A DNA stretch of 58,729 nt from Bacillota bacterium (GCA_050873585.1 JBNMJA010000001.1:1-58729); one strand, 5' to 3'. Shown: positions 17,267-27,216, counted from the stretch's first letter. Numbers and translations: made by a program. The notes: generated from the sequence alone by a model not told the origin.

Positions 17267-18706
17267 TTAATAGGCGCGAGCGTAATAAATAACCTTCGAC
17301 GCAGGCTTTCCGCACACGGGACATACGTCGCCGACGGGCGTTTGGTCAAACGGCATACAACGTGACGTTGCCGCAAATTTTTCTTTGATTTTGTCTTCGC
17401 AACAGCGGTCGCCGCACCACATGGTTTTGACGAAGTTGTGGTTGTCGAGCGCTTCTTTCATTTCGTCCAAAGTGTGACACGTCACGATATGCGAATGCAA
17501 CAATTCGTGCGATTGCTTGAACATATTTTGTTGAATATCGTCAAGAAGAGCAGGGATCTCGCTCGTAAGCGAGTCGATTGCGAGCGCAAACTTGTCGTGC
17601 GTATCTCTGCGCGCGATCATAACTTGACCGTTTTCTATGTCGCGAGGACCGATTTCAAGACGTACGGGAACGCCTTTCATTTCCCACTCGTTGAATTTCC
17701 ATCCGGGAGATTGATCTCTGTCGTCGAGCATAACCCTAACGCCTGCGTTGCGGAGAGTGGTCGCGACTTCCTGTGCCTTTTCGGTGACGCCTTCTTTGTG
17801 TGCGGCAACGGGAACGACGACGACTTGGTACGGCGCGACTTTCGGGGGGAGTTTGAGACCGCGTTGATCGCCGTGTGCCATGATGAGTGCGCCGATAAGA
17901 CGGGTGGAAGTGCCCCAACTCGTCTGATAGGGGTTTTTGAGTTGTCCGTCTTTGTCGAGATACTTGATTTCAAATGCGGAAGAGAAGTTCTGCCCGAGGT
18001 AGTGAGACGTACCTGATTGCAACGCTTTGCCGTCAAGCATCATTGCTTCCATGGTGTAGGTGTCGACTGCACCCGCAAATTTTTCTTTTTCGGTTTTTTG
18101 ACCTACCAAAACGTCGATTGCAAGCACGTTTTGCATAAACTCACGGTACACTTCGAGCATTTTGAGGGTTTCTTCTCGAGCCTCTTCTTCGGTTTGGTGA
18201 AGGGTGTGACCTTCTTGCCAGAGGAATTCGCTCGTGCGGAGGAAGGGACGAGTGGTCTTTTCCCAACGCACGACGTTTGCCCACTGATTGATGAGTACGG
18301 GCAAATCGCGATAACTCTTGACCCACTTTGCGTACATAGAGCAGATGATGGTTTCGGACGTCGGGCGTACGACGAGTTGCTCCTCGAGCGGCGTATTGCC
18401 GATATGCGTTACGAGAGCGACTTCGGGTGCGAATCCCTCGACGTGATCAGCCTCTTTGACGAGAAAACTGTACGGAATGAAAAGCGGGAAATACGCGTTC
18501 TTGTGACCCGTTGCCTTGAAGCGTGCGTCCATCTCGTGTTGGATATTTTCCCAAATCTCGTATCCGTAAGGACGGATAACCATCGTGCCTTTTACGGGGC
18601 CGTAATCGACGAGTTCGGTTTTGAGCACCACGTCGGTGTACCATTGCGGGAAATTCACGTTCATATCCGTGATTTCTTTGACGAATTGTTCCTTCTCTTT
18701 TGCCAT
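17267..18706 (-). CDS. proS: Prolyl-tRNA synthetase (short archaeal/eukaryote-like class IIa type with a C-terminal Zn-binding domain)
   Basis: The N-terminus reads FPQWYTDVVLKTELVDYGPVKGTMVIRPYGYEIWE. Class II motifs are present, and the C-terminus carries cysteines (CGDRCCE...CPVCG). ATG 18706 (MAKEKE) follows GAGGCA; the ORF track opens at TTG 18718. Confidence 0.9.
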   Translation of the reverse strand: MAKEKEQFVKEITDMNVNFPQWYTDVVLKTELVDYGPVKGTMVIRPYGYEIWENIQHEMDARFKATGHKNAYFPLFIPYSFLVKEADHVEGFAPEVALVTHIGNTPLEEQLVVRPTSETIICSMYAKWVKSYRDLPVLINQWANVVRWEKTTRPFLRTSEFLWQEGHTLHQTEEEAREETLKMLEVYREFMQNVLAIDVLVGQKTEKEKFAGAVDTYTMEAMMLDGKALQSGTSHYLGQNFSSAFEIKYLDKDGQLKNPYQTSWGTSTRLIGALIMAHGDQRGLKLPPKVAPYQVVVVPVAAHKEGVTEKAQEVATTLRNAGVRVMLDDRDQSPGWKFNEWEMKGVPVRLEIGPRDIENGQVMIARRDTHDKFALAIDSLTSEIPALLDDIQQNMFKQSHELLHSHIVTCHTLDEMKEALDNHNFVKTMWCGDRCCEDKIKEKFAATSRCMPFDQTPVGDVCPVCGKPASKVIYYARAY

Positions 18707-18888
18707 AGTCTGCCTCAATCCATATAGGATATAATATATATAACAATATACTGTGTTGATATTATATACTCAAAACGCTGCCTTGTAAAACGAAAATATT
18801 GAAAAACAGCCGATTGCGCAGAAATCTTTGTTCTTTTGCTTGAATTATTTACGCAACCTTAATTTTTATTAGAGCGCTTATTTGACGA

Positions 18889-18917
18889 TTGCCATTTTAC
18901 GACTTCTTTTATATAAT
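18889..18917 (+). promoter_or_regulatory. Sigma-A-type promoter (TTGCCA-17-TATAAT) placed 7 nt before an ATG
   Basis: TTGCCA lies at 18889-18894, followed by a 17-nt spacer and TATAAT at 18912-18917. ATG 18924 follows with no Shine-Dalgarno. Confidence 0.5.
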
Positions 18918-18923
18918 GACAAT

Positions 18924-20147
18924 ATGGCAAAGAAATCTACGAACACAAAATCTTCATCAAAATCCAAAAATACGCAAAAATCGCAGACTTCCCAAGTGGA
19001 AAAAGCCGCGAAGAAAGCGTATAAGGCGAATCCGAAAGCGTTTGTCATCTCAATCGTGGCAATCGTGCTTGTTATTGCGATAGCAACTGCGGTCGTGTAT
19101 TTTGCATTCCCCGACACGTGGGATACCATCGTTTCGATGATTGTCAAAGACAATCACAAGCCGGGGCTTGCTCGAGGTGACGGCGAACTGCTTGTGCATA
19201 TGCTTGACGTAGGGCAGGGCGATTGTATCTATATTCAGTTGCCGGACGGAAAGGATATGGTGATAGACTGCGCAAATTACAACGACGACAAAAAGTATAA
19301 GGAAAAGACTTTCGACTACCTTGACACCTACATAACCGACGATACCGTCGAATACCTTATGCTCACGCATTGCGACAGCGACCACGTTTATTTTATGGAC
19401 GAACTCTTGGATCGCTATCAGGTCGAAAAGTTGTTTATGCCAAACGTGCTTGCCGCGCCGGGAACGACGTCGAAGGACAAAAAGGCGTTGCAAGATCAAA
19501 TCGACGCACTCGACACGAGCAGGTTCACGGACAAAGATACTGTCGGCACGATAACTTATGCGGAATTTTTCGTCGCCGCACTTACCGAGCCTAATTGCGA
19601 AATCGTGCTTAACGTCGATCCCAATGCAAACACAAACAGCATAATCATAGAAGAAACGACGTACAGATTGGTGTTTTATTGCCCCACGCAAGAATATTAC
19701 GACGACTCTAATCTCAACAGCGCCGAACGCAAAAACGCCATATCGCCCATCGGGATTTTGGAATATAACGGTAGACGCATTATGCTCACGGGCGACAGCA
19801 ACGAAATCAACGAGCCGCTTGTCGTCGAGCGCACCGGCAAAATCGATTGTGACGTTTTGAAAGTGGGACATCACGGCAGCGCAACCTCGACGCTCAATCC
19901 GTTTTTGGACGCATATACCTTCGAGTATGCGATAATCAGTTGCAACGTTTACGGCAACAAATTCAATCATCCTCGTCAAGCTACACTCGATCGCCTAAAA
20001 GCACACGGTATTGCGGTATATCGCACGGACAACAACGGCAATATCGTTGTGTCGGTCGACAAGGACGGCAATATCAAAATCACCACTCAAAAAGAGTGGA
20101 ATAAAGACGAAAATTACAAGGGCTATTCAACAGGCTCGGACGATTAA
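18924..20147 (+). CDS. Membrane-anchored MBL-fold metallo-hydrolase (ComEC C-terminal-domain-like)
   Basis: A Lys-rich N-terminus and one TM helix are followed by LLVHMLDVGQGDCIYIQLPDGKDMVIDC, LTHCDSDH and LKVGHHGS, as in the ComEC/Rec2 beta-lactamase-like domain. The start is ambiguous: 18882 in the track, ATG 18924 chosen here. Confidence 0.75.
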   Translation: MAKKSTNTKSSSKSKNTQKSQTSQVEKAAKKAYKANPKAFVISIVAIVLVIAIATAVVYFAFPDTWDTIVSMIVKDNHKPGLARGDGELLVHMLDVGQGDCIYIQLPDGKDMVIDCANYNDDKKYKEKTFDYLDTYITDDTVEYLMLTHCDSDHVYFMDELLDRYQVEKLFMPNVLAAPGTTSKDKKALQDQIDALDTSRFTDKDTVGTITYAEFFVAALTEPNCEIVLNVDPNANTNSIIIEETTYRLVFYCPTQEYYDDSNLNSAERKNAISPIGILEYNGRRIMLTGDSNEINEPLVVERTGKIDCDVLKVGHHGSATSTLNPFLDAYTFEYAIISCNVYGNKFNHPRQATLDRLKAHGIAVYRTDNNGNIVVSVDKDGNIKITTQKEWNKDENYKGYSTGSDD

Positions 20148-20450
20148 ACGGAATATTTTGCGCCGAATGCAAAACACTTGTCACCTATCTTTTCAAGATG
20201 GCTTGACAAATATTTTGGCGCAAACGTCCTGTCACAAACAAATCAGAGCATTTGTTCGTGCCGTAAGGGGTTGCAACTTTGAGGCGGCTCGGCAGTTGCA
20301 ACGACGGAAGTTGATGCTCACAACGATTCTTCGTCGTTACATAGACTACGGCTCCGCCTGTCTACGAGCAACGTTTCGGTGTCTGTGAAACCGATTAATT
20401 GAAGAATTTTCTGCGCGGTAGAGGACTAAAAGTTTTTGCAAATAAAACAA

Positions 20451-20582
20451 GCGTCTAAACGTCGCAGATAAGATAAAGAGCAAGGAAAAACCCCTTGACA
20501 GGCAACCCTAATTTACTTTCGTAAATGAGTTGACTGCCAAGGGGCTTTGACGATGCTATTTGCTTATCTGTGGCGTTTAGTC
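20451..20582 (-). repeat. Complete palindromic element (apex variant B) overlapping the rpsR stop codon
   Basis: An 18-bp outer stem pairs 20455-20472 with 20563-20580 (16 Watson-Crick pairs plus 2 G.T). The apex is GGCAACCCTAATTTACTTTCGTAAATGAGTTGACTGCC. The rpsR stop (20577-20579) lies inside the outer stem. Confidence 0.85.
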
Positions 20583-20831
20583 TGCTTTGTATGGAAGCAA
20601 TGCCATAACTCTTGCTCTCTTAATTGCAACAGCAAGCGTTCTTTGATGTTTTGCACAAACACCGCTCATACGACGGGGAAGGATTTTGCCTTTCTCGGTG
20701 ATGAAGCGACGGAGTTTTGCAACGTCCTTATAGTCGATATCATCTACGTGATCAACGCAGAACGTGCACACTTTCTTTTTGGGCACTCTCTTGGGTGCGC
20801 GGGGTGCTTTTACTTCTTCTGCCATTTTCAA
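20577..20831 (-). CDS. rpsR: 30S ribosomal protein S18
   Basis: 84 aa containing [43 protein letters not shown]. It sits in the rpsF-ssb-rpsR synteny. Confidence 0.95.
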   Translation of the reverse strand: MKMAEEVKAPRAPKRVPKKKVCTFCVDHVDDIDYKDVAKLRRFITEKGKILPRRMSGVCAKHQRTLAVAIKRARVMALLPYKAD

Positions 20832-20842
20832 TACTCCTTAAA

Positions 20843-21226
20843 TTAGAATGGAAGATCTTCGTCGATGGGCTTGAGATCGTCGAAATCGACGTCGTCAGAA
20901 CCGTTTTCGTCACTTCTGGTGGAGAGGAATTGCACCTCGTCTGCCGCGATTTCGGTGACGTAACGACGAGAACCGTCTTGCGTGTCATAACTTCTCGTTT
21001 GAATGCTGCCGCTGATTGCCGCCTTGCTTCCTTTTTTGAGGTAGCGAGCGCAGTTGTCTGCTTGGGCTCTCCAAACTACGACGGGGAGAAAATCGGTTTC
21101 TCTCTTGCCGTCTTTTGAATAGGAACGAGACACAGCAAGTGTAAATCTGCAAAATTTGATGCCGCTGTTTGTGGATGCGAGTTCCGGATCCTTTGTCAAA
21201 TTGCCGATCAAAAATACCTTGTTCAT
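20843..21226 (-). CDS. ssb: Single-stranded DNA-binding protein
   Basis: An OB-fold N-terminus MNKVFLIGNLTKDPE and an acidic C-terminal tip DEDLPF are present. Confidence 0.95.
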   Translation of the reverse strand: MNKVFLIGNLTKDPELASTNSGIKFCRFTLAVSRSYSKDGKRETDFLPVVVWRAQADNCARYLKKGSKAAISGSIQTRSYDTQDGSRRYVTEIAADEVQFLSTRSDENGSDDVDFDDLKPIDEDLPF

Positions 21227-21244
21227 TATATTTCTCCTTGTCGA

Positions 21245-21526
21245 TTACTTCTTGATGATCATTTGTCTTACGACGTTTTCGTCGTTACGCATAAATCTGT
21301 CAAGTTCTGATTGAGCATCTTTTGTGCAGGTGACGTTCATAAGAACGTAGTAACCTTCGGTTTGCTTGTTGATTTCGTAAGCAAACTTTCTCATGCCCCA
21401 TTTGTCAAGGCTGTCAACCGTGCCGCCGAGAGTGGAAACCAAGTTTTCGAATTTTTCTACGACTTGAGTTTTCTTGTCGTCGTCCACGTCGCCGCGAATG
21501 ATGTAGAGAACCTCGTACTTATCCAT
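21245..21526 (-). CDS. rpsF: 30S ribosomal protein S6
   Basis: The sequence reads MDKYEVLYIIRGD...DKWGMRKFAYEI. ATG 21526 follows AAGGAGGT; the ORF track opens at 21577. Confidence 0.93.
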   Translation of the reverse strand: MDKYEVLYIIRGDVDDDKKTQVVEKFENLVSTLGGTVDSLDKWGMRKFAYEINKQTEGYYVLMNVTCTKDAQSELDRFMRNDENVVRQMIIKK

Positions 21527-21593
21527 AATTAATACCTCCTTTTGGACTTGTGTCCCTTTCGGGAAAGGAAATTGCATCTTTAGATGCTCAATA

Positions 21594-21622
21594 ATAATAT
21601 ATTAATAAAACATATTTGTCAA
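21594..21622 (-). promoter_or_regulatory. Sigma-A-type promoter of rpsF-ssb-rpsR (TTGACA-17-TATTAT)
   Basis: On the minus strand, TTGACA is the complement of 21617-21622. A 17-nt spacer separates it from TATTAT, the complement of 21594-21599. Confidence 0.65.
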
Positions 21623-21809
21623 ACGAATGGCAAAATTTGAATAATAATTGTGTCTGGGCGTCGCCGTCCCGAATTGCTAGCATACGGCAATCCGAACATC
21701 TTAAGAAAATCTTTATGTTCGTTTTAGGTCAATTTTAATTGACAATCGTATCATAATATCGCAATCGAGGATTGCAACAAATCTTGAAAAATCAACAAGG
21801 AGACATATT

Positions 21810-22916
21810 ATGAAAAAAACAGTAGTATCGGTTTTGGCACTCGTTCTCGTCGTTTCTCTTTCGCTCGTAGCGTTTGTTGCGTGCAACGATAAGGACCAAC
21901 CCCAAAAGGCTTCCAACTCGGAAGTTCTCGGCACGACCGTCGCGGTTTTGGCATCCAACGCCATCGGAGCATCATCTGCGGCAGAAGACAACGCTGACGT
22001 CAACTTCAACGCAGGCGTCAACCTCACCGTTGGCGAAAGCGGAGAGTTGAGCGCGTCGTCGCAACTCGTTGCAAAGGGAGTCGGCGCTGCAATCAAACCC
22101 GTTCTTCAAGAAATGGTTGACAGAGTTGACAACGTTCTCGGCGAAAACGGCATTAAGGTCGAAAAAGTCGAATCCACGTTATCCGATTACACCGAAAAGT
22201 ACGCAATTACCATCACTTACACCGATGAAGAAACCGGCGGAACCAAGAGCGGAGAACTTGCTCTTTACGTCAAACTTTCCGAAGGCGCAGAACTCGAAGG
22301 CAAAAAGGATTATACATTTGACGCAAAAGTGACTTTGGTCAAGAAAGCAACCGAAGAGGGTGAGAAAGACGATGAAATCGCAGTCACCTCTTTCAGCGGC
22401 AAAGCAACGTTTGATACCGCAAAAGACGCCATGGTGTTCGCACTCGGCGCAAGCGCAGGCGACAAAGACACTGCAAACGCATTTGCAAACGTCAAAGCGT
22501 ATGCAACCGCACAAGGAACCGTTAAGATCGAAATGGGCGCAGGCGCAGGCATCAGCGAAACTCTCGGCGCAAACGCAAGCCTTTCCGTTGAAATCGGCAA
22601 ACTTGCAAACAACAAATACGGCGCAATCGTTACGGTCCAAGGTTCTGCAAGCGTTGCGGGTATCACGTCCGTTGCTTTCGTTGCAAACGTCAACGTTTAT
22701 GCAAACAGCACCGATAACGCAGGTGAATTTGCTCTCGAAGGTAACATCGAGACAACGGTAAAAGTTCCTTCTATCGGAATCATCGAGGGCGGAACATACA
22801 AGGGCACTGCAGCCGTTTCCGGTAAAGCAGTGTACGACGCAGACAAAGACGAAGCAGTCGTAGGACTCAACGGCAAGATCAACTTCGTCAAAGTCGAAGA
22901 AAACGAAAACAAGTAA
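21810..22916 (+). CDS. Hypothetical Ala/Gly/Thr-rich lipoprotein
   Basis: 368 aa with RBS AAGGAG and lipoprotein signal LVAFVAC. I recognise no motif. Confidence 0.7.
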   Translation: MKKTVVSVLALVLVVSLSLVAFVACNDKDQPQKASNSEVLGTTVAVLASNAIGASSAAEDNADVNFNAGVNLTVGESGELSASSQLVAKGVGAAIKPVLQEMVDRVDNVLGENGIKVEKVESTLSDYTEKYAITITYTDEETGGTKSGELALYVKLSEGAELEGKKDYTFDAKVTLVKKATEEGEKDDEIAVTSFSGKATFDTAKDAMVFALGASAGDKDTANAFANVKAYATAQGTVKIEMGAGAGISETLGANASLSVEIGKLANNKYGAIVTVQGSASVAGITSVAFVANVNVYANSTDNAGEFALEGNIETTVKVPSIGIIEGGTYKGTAAVSGKAVYDADKDEAVVGLNGKINFVKVEENENK

Positions 22917-22934
22917 TCTTGATTGAACAAATCA

Positions 22935-22975
22935 AAAGAAGCCGTGGTAAGCGCCACGGCTTCTTTTATTTTTAT
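22935..22975. terminator. Bidirectional rho-independent terminator between convergent genes
   Basis: Hairpin AAAAGAAGCCGTGG-TAAGCG-CCACGGCTTCTTTT with T-rich flanks on both strands. Confidence 0.85.
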
Positions 22976-23008
22976 CGTTTTAAGCGAGTGTTTTAAAAAA
23001 CGAATCGG

Positions 23009-23572
23009 TCAATGTTTGTCGAGCAGTTTTTTGATTTTCTTTTTTGCGGAATAAATGGTGTTGTCCACTTTTTTGCGCTCAAGACCCAATTCGTTTGCAA
23101 TGTCTGCGTAACTCATACATTCGAGGTGCAACTTCAATACGTCGAGTTCGGTCGGGGTGAGCAGTGAAGATATTGCGTCAAACAACAACGCAGACGTTTC
23201 GTTTTCTATAAAAATGCTTTCGGGGTTTGCCTCTTGCAGTCCCGATTGTAGTTCGTCGCCTACGCTGTCGAGTTTTATTTCAACGGCGGCGGAATCCATC
23301 TTGCGCACGGCGTCCACGATGGCGTTTCTTATGCACTTCGAAGCGTAAGTTTTGAACGTTGCTTTCCCGTTTTCGTCGAAGGTGTGAATTGCGCGGATGA
23401 GTCCGAGCATACCGTATCCCGCGAGGTCGTCAACGTCGTATGCGCCTACGACGCCGAAAGAGCGAGCAATGGATTTTGCAAGATTGAGGTACGCCAAAGC
23501 GACGGAATTTTCCGCCTCCACGTCGCCTCGTTGTGCCTGTTTTATAAGTTGAATTTCTTGCTCTTTGTCCAT
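23009..23572 (-). CDS. sigH: Sigma-70-family sigma factor, probably SigH
   Basis: Region 2 reads DDLAGYGMLGLIRAIHTFDE...FKTYASKCIRNAI. The region 4 HTH reads MSYADIANELGLERKKVDNTIYSAKKKI. Its position after mrnC-rlmB matches the Bacillus subtilis order yazC-yacO-(yacP)-sigH. Confidence 0.75.
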   Translation of the reverse strand: MDKEQEIQLIKQAQRGDVEAENSVALAYLNLAKSIARSFGVVGAYDVDDLAGYGMLGLIRAIHTFDENGKATFKTYASKCIRNAIVDAVRKMDSAAVEIKLDSVGDELQSGLQEANPESIFIENETSALLFDAISSLLTPTELDVLKLHLECMSYADIANELGLERKKVDNTIYSAKKKIKKLLDKH

Positions 23573-23603
23573 TTCTTGTTTGTTTTGTATTCGGCGCGAT
23601 TAT

Positions 23604-24326
23604 TTATCGGCGTTGTCGCACGGCTTCGTAAAGAACGATTCCTGCCGCGACTGAAGCGTTGAGCGAGTTGACTTTTCCGTATTGAGGAATGGTCAGCGTG
23701 TCGTCGCAAAGTTCTTTGGTGAGGCGGTGAATACCTTCGCCCTCGCGGCCTATTACGATTGCGATATTTCCGTTGAGATTTGCCTGTTTCGGGGCTTTAC
23801 CGTCAAAATCCGTCGCATAAACCCATACGTTCTGCTCTTTGAGCCATCTTATCGCGTCGTTGATATTCGTAACTTTTGCGATGAGCATATGCTCGGTTGC
23901 GCCGCACGCGACTTTGACCACGGTGTCGTTGACACTGACGCTTCTGTGTTTGGGAATGACGATTCCGTGCGCGCCGAAGCACTCTGCACTTCTGATGATT
24001 GCACCGAGGTTGTGGGGGTCGGTGATGCCGTCCAGAATCACGATCAAAAGCGGCTCGTCTTTTTCTTTTGCGAGGTTGAGAATATCCTCGACGTCGCAAT
24101 ACGAAAAGTCGGTGACGGCGGCAACTATGCCTTGGTGATTTCCGCCGTTTGCGAGTTTGTCGAGCATGTTTTTGTCAACGTAACTTACGACGGTGCGCGC
24201 CTCTTTTGCAAGTTTCAGCACGCGCGAAAGCATAGGGTCGAATTCGCCTTTCTGCACGAAAATTTTGTCTATGGTTTTGCCTGCGATATAGGCCTCTTTG
24301 ACGGGATTGCGTCCGTAAATGTACAT
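23604..24326 (-). CDS. rlmB: TrmH/SpoU-family 23S rRNA 2'-O-methyltransferase (RlmB/YacO-like)
   Basis: 240 aa. SpoU motifs are present: VLDGITDPHNLGAIIRSAECFG, GREGEGI and NSLNASVAAGIVLYE. Confidence 0.85.
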   Translation of the reverse strand: MYIYGRNPVKEAYIAGKTIDKIFVQKGEFDPMLSRVLKLAKEARTVVSYVDKNMLDKLANGGNHQGIVAAVTDFSYCDVEDILNLAKEKDEPLLIVILDGITDPHNLGAIIRSAECFGAHGIVIPKHRSVSVNDTVVKVACGATEHMLIAKVTNINDAIRWLKEQNVWVYATDFDGKAPKQANLNGNIAIVIGREGEGIHRLTKELCDDTLTIPQYGKVNSLNASVAAGIVLYEAVRQRR

Positions 24327-24336
24327 ATCGTCCTTC

Positions 24337-24804
24337 CTAATCGTTTATATTGTCCTCAAAGCATACGCGCAAGAATTCTTCAAGTCTTTGCGTGTTTCCC
24401 GTGAGGTAGAGGTAGCCTAGCACTGCCTCGAATCCGCTTGCGCGTCTATACTCGCTCATTTCCGCGTGTTTTGCGCTCGTTTGTACTTTGCAATTTCTTG
24501 CTCTGCGGAAGATATCCTGTTCGTCCTCGTCAAAGAGCGGCATAAGTTTTTCTGCTTCGGCGGCTTGTGCCACGGCTTTGACCACTTTTATCACCTCGTG
24601 ATGAAGCGCGCCCGTCTTTTGCGTCGAGCCGACCGTGACCCTGGTGCGAGTGTAGAGCGACTGTACGGCGTCTCCGACGAATGCGAGCGCCATAGGGTGC
24701 AAGGAGAGCGCCTCTTGCTTCGATATAGGTGTGTTGAGTGCAAAAATCGAGTTGTCTGTCATAAAACGAATTGTATCACAATATTTTGTAAATCGCAACG
24801 GCAA
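24337..24804 (-). CDS. mrnC: Mini-ribonuclease III
   Basis: An RNase III-like signature LAFVGDAVQSLYTRTRV is present, and the gene lies immediately upstream of rlmB. The start could be 24804 or ATG 24762. Confidence 0.8.
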   Translation of the reverse strand: MPLRFTKYCDTIRFMTDNSIFALNTPISKQEALSLHPMALAFVGDAVQSLYTRTRVTVGSTQKTGALHHEVIKVVKAVAQAAEAEKLMPLFDEDEQDIFRRARNCKVQTSAKHAEMSEYRRASGFEAVLGYLYLTGNTQRLEEFLRVCFEDNIND

Positions 24805-24897
24805 AGGCGCGTTATTGACAATATTGGATATAAAGAATAAAATATAATCATAAAATTATCGCCTGTGCGCGGAGCACTGAGCATAAACGAGGTTGTT

Positions 24898-27216
24898 ATG
24901 AGAAAAAAGATATTCCGAATCACACTTGTTGCGATGACGATACTTTTGGTGTCGTCGCTTTTTGTCGCGTGCGGGCTTTTCGATTCGCTTAAGACTATAA
25001 CGAAAGTAGATATAATCGTGGCGGAAGGGCTTGAAAGCGGCGAAAAAGACGGAGCGTATTATGCCGCTGCAAACGGGTATTCGATGATTTTGAAAGTCGA
25101 TTGGCACAATGACCGAATCGAGCAGGCGAGCGTAAAATGGCACGAGGTCGTAAACGGCAACGATAGCCTCATTGAAGGGCAAACTGACAAGTCGTTTTTC
25201 CGCAATTTTTCACTTGTCGATCTCGACAACGTTTACGAGTATTACGTCATTGTCAACGGGGTAAAATCCTCGAAGATTACCGTAAGAGTTAAATACGTTC
25301 TTCAAACGCCGATGATAGGCGCAAATCTTCCGATGACGGGCGACGTCGTTCAACAGAATCTCGTCGACGGTGCAAAAGACGTGCTTATTACGGCGACTTG
25401 GAACGAATTGCTGATACCCGAAGGCAGAGTCGCCACTCTTTCGTGGTACGTAAACGGTGGCAAGCGCAGCACGGGCGGCGAATATCTCTTTGACGTGTCG
25501 TCGATAACGGACGAGTGCGAATTCGAGGTCGAAGCAAGATTGAGCGATGGCGAGCAAACCAAAAGCGCGAGCATTACGCTGTCTTTTGTCAAAAGATATG
25601 CTCTTGTTGAAAGCGTGGTGTTGAACGTCGCCGACGATCTGCCCATGGTGAGCCAGGACACCTACTATATGAAGGCGAATATAGGCGACGACAAGGCGGT
25701 ATCTTTTTCGACGGTGTTGTGGCCGTGGAACGCAAAGCAAGACGCCCCGTGCAAATGGTCTTTCACCGATTCGACGGGAAAAACTTTCGTTCTTGACAGC
25801 GAGGATAGAAAAGCGACGATAAATCTCTCGTACGGCAAAAACGTGATTCAAGCGACGATTCAGAACGTTGAGAGTAGAAAGATAACGGTCTATGCTCTCG
25901 AGTCCGACTACGACGAATTGCCAAGCAATATCAAGAAGCATATTGCAAACAAATTCTTTTGGATGGGCAATCATTGCGACAGTTACATAGCCTCGCAAGC
26001 GGACTTGAACGCCTATATGGGTTACGCCGTGTCCAAGCACAAAACGGACGAGGCGTTCGAGGCGTATATCGCCAACTCCGACTGGCGCACCATCGACAAA
26101 TTGAGAGAAAAATGCTCGGACGCAATCACCGAGGGTGTGGACGAGTCGGGAAATTTCAGTTATTCCATCGCTCTTCACGACAGCATTTTGTCGATAAAGT
26201 TTTCCGATTCAACGATATTCGGAATTCCGCAAGGGGCGTACGAGCCGAAAACAAACAGCGAGCAGATAAAGGGATATCTCAGATATTCCGAACAATCGTG
26301 GAAGAGGACGTATCTGCCCATTGACAGCGTGCCCGATACAGTTCTCGTTGAAAATTCCAACGATTTGTACCGAGTGGTATCTAGCGGCAGAAAGCCTGAA
26401 TTTGCAAACGACGAAAACGGCGTAAAACTCAAAAAATTGTACGACGAAGCGCGCGATGTGCTTGCGACTTACCTTTCCGACGACATGAGCGAATACGAAA
26501 AAGTTGCCGCTATTTACGACTGGATTGTCAACGTCGTTGACTACGATTATGCGGTCGCTTCCGTCAATTCCGGCGAGGAGAATACGAGCAAATATAACGC
26601 TTTCTATCTCGAAGGCGTGTTCAACGATCATCGCGCGGTTTGCGACGGAAAATCCAAAGCGTTTGCTCTCCTTTGCGGAATGGAAGGCATCAAAGCGGTG
26701 CGAGTCGTCGGCTTGGCAAACAAAAACATGAAAGACCTTACGCCCGAGCAACAGGCGGCGTGCGGCCACGCTTGGAACAAAGTCCTCATAGACGCCAACG
26801 GCGACGGTGAAAGAGAATGGTACGTCGTGGATACGACGTGGGGAGATCTTGCCGTCGAGAAGGAAGGCTCTAAAGGCATGTTCGAGTATTTGAATTATGC
26901 CTATTTCCTCAAAACCGACGAGGATATCAAAGACACGCATATCGCAAAAACTTACGCTCCGCCCGCCACGACGAAACTCAACGTTTACAAAATGACTTTC
27001 GTTGAGATAGACGGCGTAACGATGGACTTGTATATCGAATCGGCGGCGGAATTGCAAGAAATCGTCGATTTCAGCAAGAGCAACGGTTATATCGCGGCTT
27101 GTATATATATGACCGCCACCGTCTACGACAATATGAAATCCGTAAACGGCAGATTCGGATATATTTCTCTCGGGAACAATCAATACGTCGTGTATGCCAT
27201 GACGGGGAATTTTTGA
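24898..27216 (+). CDS. Transglutaminase-like cysteine protease-fold lipoprotein
   Basis: ATG 24898 follows GAGG. A lipobox LFVAC is present. The C-terminal transglutaminase core has Cys (AVCDGKSKAF), His (GHAWNKV) and Asp (VVDTTWGD). Confidence 0.8.
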   Translation: MRKKIFRITLVAMTILLVSSLFVACGLFDSLKTITKVDIIVAEGLESGEKDGAYYAAANGYSMILKVDWHNDRIEQASVKWHEVVNGNDSLIEGQTDKSFFRNFSLVDLDNVYEYYVIVNGVKSSKITVRVKYVLQTPMIGANLPMTGDVVQQNLVDGAKDVLITATWNELLIPEGRVATLSWYVNGGKRSTGGEYLFDVSSITDECEFEVEARLSDGEQTKSASITLSFVKRYALVESVVLNVADDLPMVSQDTYYMKANIGDDKAVSFSTVLWPWNAKQDAPCKWSFTDSTGKTFVLDSEDRKATINLSYGKNVIQATIQNVESRKITVYALESDYDELPSNIKKHIANKFFWMGNHCDSYIASQADLNAYMGYAVSKHKTDEAFEAYIANSDWRTIDKLREKCSDAITEGVDESGNFSYSIALHDSILSIKFSDSTIFGIPQGAYEPKTNSEQIKGYLRYSEQSWKRTYLPIDSVPDTVLVENSNDLYRVVSSGRKPEFANDENGVKLKKLYDEARDVLATYLSDDMSEYEKVAAIYDWIVNVVDYDYAVASVNSGEENTSKYNAFYLEGVFNDHRAVCDGKSKAFALLCGMEGIKAVRVVGLANKNMKDLTPEQQAACGHAWNKVLIDANGDGEREWYVVDTTWGDLAVEKEGSKGMFEYLNYAYFLKTDEDIKDTHIAKTYAPPATTKLNVYKMTFVEIDGVTMDLYIESAAELQEIVDFSKSNGYIAACIYMTATVYDNMKSVNGRFGYISLGNNQYVVYAMTGNF

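Noticed and set aside
18707-18881. T-box leader upstream of proS; also checked upstream of lysS and alaS.
   Set aside because: The spacers are too short (about 175, 70 and 54 nt). They lack the conserved T-box sequence and a terminator/antiterminator arrangement.
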